From contig CAXXMD010000003.1 of NCBI GenBank assembly GCA_963675755.2, positions 2,944,001-3,008,000 of the forward strand: a stretch of DNA of 64,000 bases, in the 5' to 3' direction. The DNA is from a bacterium. Its GTDB lineage: Bacteria; Zhuqueibacterota; Zhuqueibacteria; Residuimicrobiales; Krinioviventaceae. Shown here one piece after another: positions 9,074 to 19,149 of the stretch (the first letter of the stretch is position 1; every line of letters starts with the position of its first letter). The notes under the pieces were generated by a model. That model had not been told where the DNA came from. It saw nothing but the letters and a program-made list of their open reading frames with translations, and made no database searches. Made by a program: the position numbers and the translations under genes.

Positions 9074-11230
9074 ATGTCTGTATTTAACTTGATACATCTT
9101 TTGGGATTTGGATTCGGTGCAACGCTCACCATCATCATTATTGTACTGACGATGCAAAAAACACCAAAGTTCTATGATGATTATTTGCTGGGTATAGTAT
9201 TAAGTATGTGCTTGTTGTGGCTTGGTGGTAATTTTATCGCACTTTTGGGTGGATTTTTATTCGGTAGTGTATTGATGGTAGAGATAAATGCTCTGCTTTT
9301 GATTTCGTATCTGGGTTTATTATGTATACCGTCTGCATTGATACATGGATTAACCGGTATACTGCTTCGGGTAAAAGACAATTTACCTTCTTTTTCCAAA
9401 TTATACCAGGTGATCTTTGTTCTGGTTGTGTATGCACCCGTTGTGGTATTTATTGTACTGGCACTTCAATTTTATCTGAATCCTTATCTGAGGCTGCAGC
9501 TTGATGATGTATTAAGGGTTCCGTTTTACTTGTGGGTCTTATTTTCGTTGGTAATTGCAGTTATAATATGTGAAAATCTTGCACGTAGTCATCCTATAAA
9601 ATCTGACCGATATTTTTACAGAGACCTTTCAATCTCTCTTGCCGCACTGGGAATTGGAATCATTGTTGTTTACATCATTCCTTCCTATCGTATTTCATAT
9701 GTTGGCAGATATTTAAATATGACCATGCGCATCTCTCCATCATATCCTCTCGCAATTATGGCATATTATGTTTACCGTTACAATTTTTATCGTTTGGTAA
9801 TCAAGCCCAGTCTTGTCTATTCTATTATTTATGGTACAGTGATGGCCATTTATTTGCTCGGAATCAGAAGATTGGGAGAATATTTAAAACAGTATCCTGA
9901 AGTGAATTCCGAATTCATTGAAGGCATTCTTTTAATTGCCCTTGTATTCGCGTTTCAGCCATTTCGGCAATTGATACAGAATCGCCTAGACAGGATTTTC
10001 TTTAGAGACCGGCATTTTTATCAACAGGTATTGCGCGAACTGTCTGATGCTATTATTGGTATTGTAGATCTTGAAAAACTGTTGACAACCATTAGTGACT
10101 CTTTGTCAAAAGCGTTTAAATCCAGGTCTATTACCATTGTTGTTTTTCAATACAAGGACAAAAAACCTGAAATATATAAAACCGTAGGGCATCAGGATTT
10201 TAACGACTTTTTCGGACTTGTACGTGCATTTATGTCCACACGGAAAATGCGTCTCAGACAACAAATTAAGGATATGCGGGTTGTCAGAGAATTAGAAGTA
10301 AACAATCTTGAACTGGCTGTACCGGTTTTTTATCAAAAAGAGATTATGGGAATGATATGTTTGGAGGAAAAACAAACAGGCATACCCTATTCTGAAAATG
10401 AAATAGATATGCTGCAAACTTTTGCAAATCAGATAGGACTTGCAGTAGAAAATGCCCGGCTGGTGCAGGAACGGTTAAACCTTGAAGCCAGGGTATATCA
10501 GGCAGAAAAATTAAATTCATTGGGACAGTTGGCAACTACCATGTCGCATGAAATTAAAAATCCATTATCTTCAATAAACAGCATCATTCAGGTGCTTCAC
10601 GAAAGTGCACAAGGTGAGGAGCAAAAAGATCTTGAAATTGTTTTGAACGAGATACAGCGGTTAAACAATATTTTGAAAAAATTATTAACATTTTCAAAAC
10701 CAACTGACGGTACATTAGACAGGGTTTCTTTGCGAGAAATGGTACAGGATGTTATTTCTTTATTGAAATTTCAAGCGAATAAATACAATATTTCAATCAA
10801 AGTAAACGATTTCCCTGATCATGCTTTTATATATGCCAATAATCAGTCTGTCCGTGAAGTTATATTTAATCTGGTATTAAACGCTATGCAGTCCATTGAT
10901 AATGAGGGGCATATTGAATTGGAACTGGAAGCGTTGGAAAACGTAAAACCGTTGAGAAAAATCTCCAAACGAGTTGATATATCTGATGTTAAAAAATGGT
11001 ATTGTTTGACAGTTTTGGATGATGGCCCCGGAATAACCAAAGCAAATTTACGACACATTTTTGATCCTTTTTTTACAACCAAAAGTTCTGGAAGTGGATT
11101 AGGACTTTCCATTGTTAAAAAGAATGTAGAAGATTTTGGTGGATTTATACAGGTGAAAAGTCAGATGAAAAAAGGAACGGCATTTTGTGTCTATTTCCCC
11201 GTACATGAACAAGAGTTGCAAAATGGATGA
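9074..11230 (+). CDS. Multi-TM GAF sensor histidine kinase (PrsK-like architecture)
   Basis: About 9 TM segments, GAF (LAVPVFY..MGMICL..ANQIGLAVENARL), SHEIKNPL H-box, HATPase boxes. Confidence 0.9.
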   Translation: MSVFNLIHLLGFGFGATLTIIIIVLTMQKTPKFYDDYLLGIVLSMCLLWLGGNFIALLGGFLFGSVLMVEINALLLISYLGLLCIPSALIHGLTGILLRVKDNLPSFSKLYQVIFVLVVYAPVVVFIVLALQFYLNPYLRLQLDDVLRVPFYLWVLFSLVIAVIICENLARSHPIKSDRYFYRDLSISLAALGIGIIVVYIIPSYRISYVGRYLNMTMRISPSYPLAIMAYYVYRYNFYRLVIKPSLVYSIIYGTVMAIYLLGIRRLGEYLKQYPEVNSEFIEGILLIALVFAFQPFRQLIQNRLDRIFFRDRHFYQQVLRELSDAIIGIVDLEKLLTTISDSLSKAFKSRSITIVVFQYKDKKPEIYKTVGHQDFNDFFGLVRAFMSTRKMRLRQQIKDMRVVRELEVNNLELAVPVFYQKEIMGMICLEEKQTGIPYSENEIDMLQTFANQIGLAVENARLVQERLNLEARVYQAEKLNSLGQLATTMSHEIKNPLSSINSIIQVLHESAQGEEQKDLEIVLNEIQRLNNILKKLLTFSKPTDGTLDRVSLREMVQDVISLLKFQANKYNISIKVNDFPDHAFIYANNQSVREVIFNLVLNAMQSIDNEGHIELELEALENVKPLRKISKRVDISDVKKWYCLTVLDDGPGITKANLRHIFDPFFTTKSSGSGLGLSIVKKNVEDFGGFIQVKSQMKKGTAFCVYFPVHEQELQNG

Positions 11231-12629
11231 TAAATTGATAGAAAAAATTTTAATTGTAGACGATGAACCCACAGCACGCTATGGAATTCGTAAAGCTCTG
11301 GCAAAAGCGGGTTATGAACTGAGTGAAGCAGGTAATGGCAAAGAGGCACTGGAAAGCATTAAGGAGAATCTGCCGGATGTGGTTCTGAGTGATATATACA
11401 TGCCGGAAATGGATGGCCTTGAATTGTTACGGACAGTACAAAAACTAGAGTTTGAAGAAGATAAAAGACCTTTGATAATCATGCTAACAGCGTTTGGTTC
11501 TGAGAAACTGGCTGTTGAAGCTATGAAATCCGGAGCTTATAATTATCTGTCCAAGCCATTCAATATTGACGAACTGCGTTTAACCATTGAAAAAGCTCTT
11601 GATAAAATCCGGCTGGGCCGGGAAAATGTTTTATTGAAAAAACAACTGGACCAGCACAAGAAAACCGCAATTGTGGGCAAGAGTCCGCAGATATCTAATA
11701 TCATAAAACTGGTAGACAAAGTTGCCCCAACTGATGTCACCGTGTTGTTGACAGGAGAGAGCGGCACGGGAAAAGAACTTGCAGCCAGAACCATTCACAA
11801 TACCAGTCTTAGGCACGACGGTCCCTTTGTTACTATGAATTGTGCCGCTATTCCCAAAGATCTTGTGGAAAGTGAATTGTTCGGACATGAAAAGGGTGCG
11901 TTTACAGGTGCTTCTAATCAACGTGAAGGTAAATTCGAAATAGCAAATAATGGTACTTTATTTCTTGATGAAGTCGCAGATATGAGTCTGGAAACCCAGG
12001 CTAAAATATTACGAATTCTTGAGGAAAAATCTTTTTCCAGATTAGGCGGGAAAAAGATCATCCATACGGATGTCAGGCTCATTAGTGCAACCAATAAGGA
12101 CTTGCAAACAGAGATAGCAGCCGGTCGGTTTCGGGAAGATCTTTTTTACCGGATAAAAGTTGTCGAGATCCAGTTACCTCCATTAATTCAGCGAACAGGT
12201 GATATTGCACTGCTTGCGGATCATTTTGTAAAGTTGTATGCGGTTAAACATAATAAAGATGTTTCCGTTATTGATACAAAAGCTATGCAGATGCTATTAA
12301 ATTACAATTGGCCGGGAAATGTAAGACAATTGATGCACGTCATTGAACAAAGTATTGTTCTCTCTGAAGGTAAAGTTTTATTGCCCGATGTTTTACCTCC
12401 CGAGCTTTATATTGACAATACATTAAATGTTTTAAAACTTGATGGAAACGAGTCTTTTTCAGAAGCCAAAGAACGGTTTGTTCAGCAGTTTGAAAAAGAT
12501 ATCATTCAAAAAGCATTGGTCAAAGCCAATGGGAATGTAAGCCAGGCGGCCAGAGAATTGAAAATGAAGAGGCAGTTTTTACAACAAAAGATAAAAAGTC
12601 TGGATTTGAACGTGCAGGATTATAAATAA
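11223..12629 (+). CDS. Sigma54-dependent response regulator (NtrC/PrsR-like: REC-AAA-Fis HTH)
   Basis: ILIVDDE receiver, GESGTGKE, ESELFGHEKGAFTGA, WPGNVR, GNVSQAARELKM. ATG at 11223 overlaps the kinase stop. Confidence 0.93.
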   Translation: MDDKLIEKILIVDDEPTARYGIRKALAKAGYELSEAGNGKEALESIKENLPDVVLSDIYMPEMDGLELLRTVQKLEFEEDKRPLIIMLTAFGSEKLAVEAMKSGAYNYLSKPFNIDELRLTIEKALDKIRLGRENVLLKKQLDQHKKTAIVGKSPQISNIIKLVDKVAPTDVTVLLTGESGTGKELAARTIHNTSLRHDGPFVTMNCAAIPKDLVESELFGHEKGAFTGASNQREGKFEIANNGTLFLDEVADMSLETQAKILRILEEKSFSRLGGKKIIHTDVRLISATNKDLQTEIAAGRFREDLFYRIKVVEIQLPPLIQRTGDIALLADHFVKLYAVKHNKDVSVIDTKAMQMLLNYNWPGNVRQLMHVIEQSIVLSEGKVLLPDVLPPELYIDNTLNVLKLDGNESFSEAKERFVQQFEKDIIQKALVKANGNVSQAARELKMKRQFLQQKIKSLDLNVQDYK

Positions 12630-12657
12630 AAAAACCCGCTATTAAGCGGGTTTTTTT
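12628..12657. terminator. Bidirectional intrinsic terminator
   Basis: A-run, CCCGCT-atta-AGCGGG, T7, between convergent genes. Confidence 0.85.
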
Positions 12658-12665
12658 ATTATATA

Positions 12666-14048
12666 CTAATTAACCCTGTTGAAAACAAAGGGCAAGTTAA
12701 CTGTTATAGAGCCTTCCCTGATGGGCGGGAACTTTAATCGTCTTACAATATTCATCAACTCTCTTACAAAATCCTGATTATCAATTGATGATTCCAGAAT
12801 TTGAATGTTGGAAACACTACCATTGGCTTCAATGGTTACATCAAAACTCACTTTACCTCTCAAATCAGGATTGGTGCGCAGGTACTTGTTATATGTATAC
12901 ATAACACGACCCTGTTGAGAATTAATGATTGACATAACAGATTCGGATGTTCTTTGCGCTCTTGCTTCCTGAGAACCTCTCATGCGTTGGGGCTGCTGAA
13001 TGTTGACTTTGCCCTGTTTTTTCAGGTCAACGGTTTCAACGCCTTCCACTTCAGAGAGCAGATCATCAACACCGCCAGAAAGTCCAAAAGCCATCAGTTC
13101 ATCAATTCCGTCACCGTCTCCGGTACCACCGCCATCTCCGGTTCCATTGCCTTTACCTATTTTATTGCTCTTGGTCAAAGGTTTGCTACCAATGAGCTGA
13201 TCAAGTTCCTGAACAAAACCCTGTTCAATGAGAAAATCAGCCGCAGAACTTGAACTGCCGGAACTACCCGTACCGCCAATAAGTCCCAACAGACCTTGTG
13301 CGTTAACCGGTTTGGGAGCGGGTTTGTCTGATCCGCCACTGCCGCCTGGTTTGGGTTGTTCCTGCTGAGATTCCTGTTCCTGCGTTGTTTCTTCTTCAGC
13401 TTCACCTTCTCCGGAGCTTGTTGTTGCAACCATTTCGGTTTCTGGTGGCTGAGTTGGTTTCTTGATCATGAATCTTGCAAATCGTTCCGGAACCGTGGTT
13501 ACATCGGGTGGTTCCTCTGGTGGAAGTTCATATCCTTTTAGCGAAAAACCAATTATAATTTCAATACTGAAAAGGATAAGGAACAAAGATTTATATAATA
13601 AATCTTTGGTAAAAGTTTTGCCAATTGCCTTGTTCCAGGTGTAAAGAGGAAGCCCTTTAAGGGTTTCCGGCTGGTGGCCATTATAATTAAAAAAGATATC
13701 TGTATCTGATATTCTGAGAGAACCTGATCTGCCGTGTGTAAATTCTAAATTGTAAAAATTACCTTTTTGTGGTAAAAGGTTGTGTACAAACAGATCATTA
13801 AAAGTAACTTTGGAGCCTTTGAATTCAATTTCACCAGTCATTGCAGGTGAAATTTTCATACTGCAAGTGTTTTTCTTACATTCAATCAGAACATGCTTTT
13901 TGGGATAGGCATCGTCATATACAATAATATCATTATCCGGACTACGACCAATTGTAAGCTTGTCTTTTGGCCCAAAATAACGCTGAGTAACGCGACCACC
14001 CTGAACAATTTTGGCTTCTAATATAGAACTATTTCGTTTTATTGTCAT
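12666..14048 (-). CDS. GltG/PglI-like protein: FHA-like domain, TM, Pro/Glu/Gly-rich linker, TonB_C (AgmX/PglI C-terminal) domain
   Basis: LTIGRSPDNDI (FHA), PERFARF after the TM, GLLGLIG, Y.Y..YLR.NPDL.GKV....TI...G.V, NLPFVF. Confidence 0.82.
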   Translation of the reverse strand: MTIKRNSSILEAKIVQGGRVTQRYFGPKDKLTIGRSPDNDIIVYDDAYPKKHVLIECKKNTCSMKISPAMTGEIEFKGSKVTFNDLFVHNLLPQKGNFYNLEFTHGRSGSLRISDTDIFFNYNGHQPETLKGLPLYTWNKAIGKTFTKDLLYKSLFLILFSIEIIIGFSLKGYELPPEEPPDVTTVPERFARFMIKKPTQPPETEMVATTSSGEGEAEEETTQEQESQQEQPKPGGSGGSDKPAPKPVNAQGLLGLIGGTGSSGSSSSAADFLIEQGFVQELDQLIGSKPLTKSNKIGKGNGTGDGGGTGDGDGIDELMAFGLSGGVDDLLSEVEGVETVDLKKQGKVNIQQPQRMRGSQEARAQRTSESVMSIINSQQGRVMYTYNKYLRTNPDLRGKVSFDVTIEANGSVSNIQILESSIDNQDFVRELMNIVRRLKFPPIREGSITVNLPFVFNRVN

Positions 14049-14096
14049 GTATAATATCTATTTTATTTATATCGGGTTTCAACGAATTTGGGTTTA

Positions 14097-14609
14097 CTAT
14101 TCTATTTGGTTCACAGCAAGCAGCATATTGTTGTAACCAACACTACCGCAAGTCAACATAATACGTTTGACCAGTTCAAATGTAAGATCACGGTCACCCT
14201 GGATCGTAATATTACCTGTAAAACCGCCCTGGTCAGAAATTGAACCTATACCTTCAGAAATTGTACGAAGTTTGGTCAATTCATCTTTTAGGGGATTGAT
14301 GACGAGTAATTCATCATTCATGATATTTTCAAGTTTTTCTATTGGGCGTCCATCAACCAGTATCCATTCCTGCGTAATTGCTATAACGGATGTGACTTTG
14401 GGTTGCATTTGTGATGTAGATTCAGGCAATTTCAGATCTTTGGTAACGGTCATGATCTGACCTTCTGCACTGTAGCTCTTTAATAAAAACACCAATAGAA
14501 TGGTAAACATGTCTATCATTGAAGTCAATTTCAAATTGAATGTACCACGCTTGGTCCGTTTAGTACCGGTTGCAAGCAATGGTATTGTTTCATGTTCTTC
14601 TATCTTCAT
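14097..14609 (-). CDS. ExbD/TolR-family stator subunit (AglS-like)
   Basis: LKLTSMIDMFTILLVFLL TM with Asp33, L.LPES, IQGDR...F..VKRIM.TC. Confidence 0.88.
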   Translation of the reverse strand: MKIEEHETIPLLATGTKRTKRGTFNLKLTSMIDMFTILLVFLLKSYSAEGQIMTVTKDLKLPESTSQMQPKVTSVIAITQEWILVDGRPIEKLENIMNDELLVINPLKDELTKLRTISEGIGSISDQGGFTGNITIQGDRDLTFELVKRIMLTCGSVGYNNMLLAVNQIE

Positions 14610-14625
14610 GGTTTTATTCTCTTTC

Positions 14626-15093
14626 TTAGCCGGAAATAGAAATATTGGGAAAACCGGATTCCCTGCATCTGTCCATTACCTGAATAATTATGTGATACAG
14701 GATTGCGTCTTCTGGCGAAATTAATATATCTTCAGAATCCGGGTATTTTTCTTTTATTTGGTTCAACTGTGTGGTTAAACCCTGCCAGTTGAAATCATTA
14801 TCAGTTTTGTCTAATTTTTTAAGATTAAGATCAGGACTGTTGAGTTCAAAACCGGTCTCACTGATCTTTAATATGTTTAAAACCGTACTTTTGGGTTTTT
14901 CTGCTGTTGCAGTCTGACCGGGTTTGTCTAAACTCGGCAAAGACAATTCCATAACGGCAATACGAACAAATACTGCCGTTAACAGCATGAACGGAATCAG
15001 TATCAAAAAGATGTTCATTACAGCCGTCAGGTTTAATTCTGTTTCTTCTGCGTGTCCTTTAAGACGACTGCCCATGGATTGTTTTAAATTCAT
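14626..15093 (-). CDS. ExbD/TolR-family stator subunit (AglQ-like; TM Asp replaced by Asn)
   Basis: ELNLTAVMNIFLILIPFMLLTAVF TM, IK..YPD, Y..IIQVMD, FPNIS. Confidence 0.85.
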   Translation of the reverse strand: MNLKQSMGSRLKGHAEETELNLTAVMNIFLILIPFMLLTAVFVRIAVMELSLPSLDKPGQTATAEKPKSTVLNILKISETGFELNSPDLNLKKLDKTDNDFNWQGLTTQLNQIKEKYPDSEDILISPEDAILYHIIIQVMDRCRESGFPNISISG

Positions 15094-15096
15094 ATA

Positions 15097-15717
15097 TTAT
15101 TTCTCCGTTGTCATGAACCTGAACAAACGGGCAACATTTTCATTTATTTCATCGATTAATTCATTGGTTTTTTCCTGAAGATAGGTAAAGCCAATCAAAC
15201 AGGGGATAGCTGAAATAATACCAAAAGCTGTGGTATTCATCGCAATAGCAATACCGGATGTAAGCAATGCGGCTTTGTCTGCTGCATCAGCGTGAGCAAC
15301 CGCGGCAAACGCACTGATTAAACCAAAAATTGTTCCCAACAAACCCAACAGTGTGGAAACGTTTGCAATCATTGCTAAATAGTGGGTACGTTTTTCTAAT
15401 TTGGGTATTTCTACCATTGCTGCAAGTTCCATTGCGTTCTGAATGCTTTTGGGAGAGTTGTTGATTTCATTCAAACCAGCTTTTGCAATGTTTGGAAGTG
15501 CTGCATTAGAGATATTGCAATATTCTATAGCCCGGCTAACATTACCGCTTTTAATCAGTTCTGCAATTTTATTTACAAACAATTCTGAATCGATACGATT
15601 TTTGAATTGTATAAAAATTACACGTTCAATAATGGTAACCAGCCCGAGAAGCAGCGCGAACAAGATTACAAACATAACCGGTCCACCACCCATAAAAAAT
15701 CTAATAATACTGTCCAA
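15097..15717 (-). CDS. MotA/TolQ/ExbB proton-channel protein (AglR-like)
   Basis: GGPVM, ER, TLLGLLGTIFGLI, AMNTTAFG. TTG start with AAGGAGG SD. Confidence 0.92.
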   Translation of the reverse strand: MDSIIRFFMGGGPVMFVILFALLLGLVTIIERVIFIQFKNRIDSELFVNKIAELIKSGNVSRAIEYCNISNAALPNIAKAGLNEINNSPKSIQNAMELAAMVEIPKLEKRTHYLAMIANVSTLLGLLGTIFGLISAFAAVAHADAADKAALLTSGIAIAMNTTAFGIISAIPCLIGFTYLQEKTNELIDEINENVARLFRFMTTEK

Positions 15718-15801
15718 GGAAACCTCCTTAATGTTATTTAGAAGCGAGAAAAATTATCTTGAATAATTTAACAAAAATAGAAAATAATTTCAAATTTATT
15801 A

Positions 15802-16185
15802 CTACCAGGGAATATAATCTTTTCTATCAACTGTAGGATCTGTTGTGATTTTTGTTTGTATACGTCCCCTTTTTTCCACCGGTCGAAAGATTTCTTTAAA
15901 AAATGAATGTTCAATTTGAATATCGGTCAATATCCGGAGTGGAACCTGGCAAAATAAACATGGCTTGCGGTTTTTCCAATTGACCAACGACTTCAATTTT
16001 ATCTATAAACAGTTTAACGTCCGAATCTTCAATTGTGGGGGCACTTTCGTTCATCATATTCTGAGCGTTTTGTGCCTGCAAAGTAGAATCATTAGCAAAT
16101 TCCTGCAGTAAACAATTCATTTGAATTTTTGTGCGAATAACAATACGGGAAGTATTATTAATGTAATTACATTATTGTATTTCAT
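15802..16185 (-). pseudogene. GltF/CglF-like small secreted protein, split by frameshifts in this sequence
   Basis: Three pieces in shifting frames: signal peptide MKYNNVITLIILPVLLFAQ (ATG 16185), then IEVVGQLEKPQAMFIL, then DIQIEHSFFKEIF. Frame breaks near 16126 and 15925. Confidence 0.65.
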
Positions 16186-16209
16186 AAACTTTTTTAAAAT
16201 TCTTCATGG

Positions 16210-19124
16210 TTAACCTGCTGTTTCCTGAGCTACATTTAATTCTTCACTGGGTTCGGCTTGAACTTTTTGAGTTTCTAATCCCTCTGTTAGAGATTCAATT
16301 CGTTTTTTACTTTCCGTAACCCAAATATTATCAATACTATTTGCTTCAGCTTGTTCAATATTTCTTCTGTATGTTTCTAGCGCCTGTGTTTTATAGGGTT
16401 CTGCTTTTTCCCGAAGCATATCAACATACATGGTAAGCTGTTCATCATTCAACTCTTCCGGTGGAGGAGACTCTACTCAAATGCTCTGAAAAACTCTTCA
16501 AAAGCCATGCCAATTTTATGAGTTGAGGCGGTGCTCCAGTCAGCTACCTGATACTCTAGTGCACTCTTGTATGCACCCAATACTTTTTGAAGGTTTTTAA
16601 CTTTTAGCTGTAAATTTGTTTTAAGCGGTGGAACCAGTTCAATTTTTTGAAACGGCGTGTAATAAATTTCACCTATCATAAACTGTGCTTGTGCAGCAAA
16701 ATAATTGTCTGCAAACTCACCACTTTTTGTTATGGCTTGAAAGTTTTCAATAGTCTTTTTAAAATATTCTTCTGCCGCAGTAAAATCTTTGACTTTATAG
16801 TTCATATCGCCAATTTTATACAGACATTCTAATAGTTCATCGCCAGGTTCTGGATATGTAGAAATATACCGTTCATAATATGATCTTGCGGAATACCAAT
16901 CTTCAAGTGTTTCATAATTATAAGCAGCATTTCGAATCGCATTTTTGTGATGTTCTGAATCAGAATAATTGTCTGCCAGCAGGATATAATCATTAGCTGC
17001 AAGCGTCCAGTTTTGGGTGCTTTCACGAATACCCGCAGCTTTGTAAAGCGCTTCATCAGCCATTTCAGATTCAGGGAACAGCTTGAAAAATTGTTCCAGG
17101 GCTAATGCTGCTTTATCCGGTTGTTCACCTTGTTGGAACTGGATAGCAGATTCGAATAGCGCTCTTTCCCGAAATTCAGGATTCGAAGAAGTCGTTACAA
17201 TGGATGCCAACAGGTTTGCCGCTTCAAGGGGTTTGCCTTCCTGGTTCAAGGCTTCAGCAATTTTAAAGTTGGATGAAGAAGCCATCATTTCCGCTTTTTG
17301 CAAGTACCGTGTTGAATCAGGAAAAGATTTTACAATATCATCGAACCAGATTTCTGCTTCATGATACAATTCTGCGTCATAGTAACATTGCCCTGCATTC
17401 ATAGCAGAAAGCAATCTGTATGGCCTCTTGTCACCCAGGTCAATGACTTTTTTATAAATTTCTATGGCGGGCAAATAGTATTTCAAAGAGTGCATGATCT
17501 CGCCATATTTCATATAAACCTGATCTAATAAATTGCTTTCAGGGAACATGAGCACAAAATCATTGCTCGAAATCAAAAGATTTTTCTCTACACCTGTATT
17601 GGTGTTAAATGTCAACGTATCCGGTGTATTCAAAAAGTTGGGTATATCTACAGAGCCGCCGGCAGCTGTAGAGTCGTCAAGTAATTGGTAATAACTTAGA
17701 ATTCTATTATAAGCGGCTTGTTCTTTGAATTCCGTTTTTGATAAGGAATCACGTTTTACAACGCTGTAATAAGATTCAGCAGCATTGTAATAATCGTTAA
17801 TTTCATAATAACATTCAGCAAGATAGTAGTTGATCTTGACTGCATCATCAGCAGTAGAGAATTTATCCAAGTATTCTTTGTATTTATCAATCGCAGTTTG
17901 AAAACTATTAATATCTGCCGATTGTTGAGCTTCAGCCTGATAAAAAGTACCCAAATAAACCAGTGATTTTTTTGTTATATCGAGACCGGTATTTTGTACG
18001 GTATCTGCCTGATTAGTTTGCCATTCACTGCCAGGACCTAGATACGTGACCAATTTCTCACGAGTTTTGTTTGCACCTTCTATATCCTCATCCAGTTCAT
18101 AACTTTCGATGATTTTTTGATAGATATTTGGCGCGTCACTATAGTATGGATATATATCAAGAAGCACGTTCAAGATTTCAATGGATTCTGTATAATAGTT
18201 TCGTTCGTGGTATAAGTCATAAATTTTTAAAAGAATGGGGAGTGTATAATCTTTATCTTTGTGATTGATCAGAAAATTATGTGCAGCAGATGGACCACCA
18301 AACTCGGTAAAACAGCTTGAAATATAATATATAGCTTCTGTCCTGAGATCAGCCTTGCTCTTTGTAAACACCTGGGTTTTTGCTTTTTCAATGAGAGAAA
18401 TATCTTCAATGAGGTAGAGGAAGGTACTGATAGCATCGGAATAATTGTTTAAATTATAATATGACCAGCCCAGTTTGTAAAGGCTCATATCAAAATAAGG
18501 ATTACTCCACTCATCCAGCAGTTCTTTGTAATGCGAAATAGCTGTTTTATAATCTCTTTGAGAAAAATAGTATTCACCAATTCTAAAGTGTGCTTCAAAG
18601 GCAATGGGTGATTCCGGATGATTGGCTACAATACTTTCGAAATAATCTTTGGCCCGAAGTTTATCACCCTGCTGGAAATAGGAAATTCCTAACTTGTATA
18701 ATACTTTGTCTTTAAACTTGGAAGCAGGAAAATCTGTTAAAAGCCTGTTACAGTATTCTATTGTCTTATTCATGTCCAATTTGGGCAAAGAAGGTTCGGT
18801 AGCAATTTCACCATTATCAAACCTTCCAAGATCCGTTTCGTATTGCTGCATTTGAAGCTGATAATTGATCTGAGATCTTTGTGTGTACAATTCGGCAAGC
18901 TGAAACATGATTGTTGACGCAAACGGACCTTGCGGGTATTTTTTTAACAAAGTCTCATGCTCAGAAATAATCGCATCCAGTTTACCAATATCTTCACCCG
19001 TATCCTGGATGATTGCATTTACATAGGCACTTTCCTGACCAATTACGGTGACTGACTGGCCAAGAAAGAGTAAACCCACTATGAATGCAACAAGGCAGTT
19101 TTTATATAAATTTGATTTTTTCAT
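16210..19124 (-). CDS. Large secreted TPR protein (GltD/AgmU-like), frameshifted near 16477
   Basis: Signal peptide, MFQLAELY, many TPR repeats. The 883-aa ORF ends at FFRAFE*; VESPPPEELNDEQ..Y..ML.EKAEP continues in another frame to the stop at 16210. Confidence 0.8.
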
Positions 19125-19149
19125 AATTTTTTTAACATTATTAATGATA

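Noticed and set aside
13100-13320. GC-rich quasi-repeats in the gltG-like gene
   Set aside because: Explained by Gly/Ser/Asp-rich linker codons.
12666-15717. Ordinary TonB-ExbBD or Tol-Pal locus
   Set aside because: No TonB-dependent receptor, tolB or pal. The FHA domain on the TonB_C protein and the TPR/GltF-like genes fit the Agl-Glt type better.
16117-16132. Programmed ribosomal frameshifting or phase variation in the gltF-like gene
   Set aside because: Only an A5 run, no canonical slippery heptamer or stimulatory structure, and two successive shifts would be needed.
16450-16475. Pyrrolysine or amber readthrough of the TAG ending the 883-aa TPR ORF
   Set aside because: In-frame readthrough meets TGA seven codons later, and the plausible continuation is in a different frame, so this is a frameshift.
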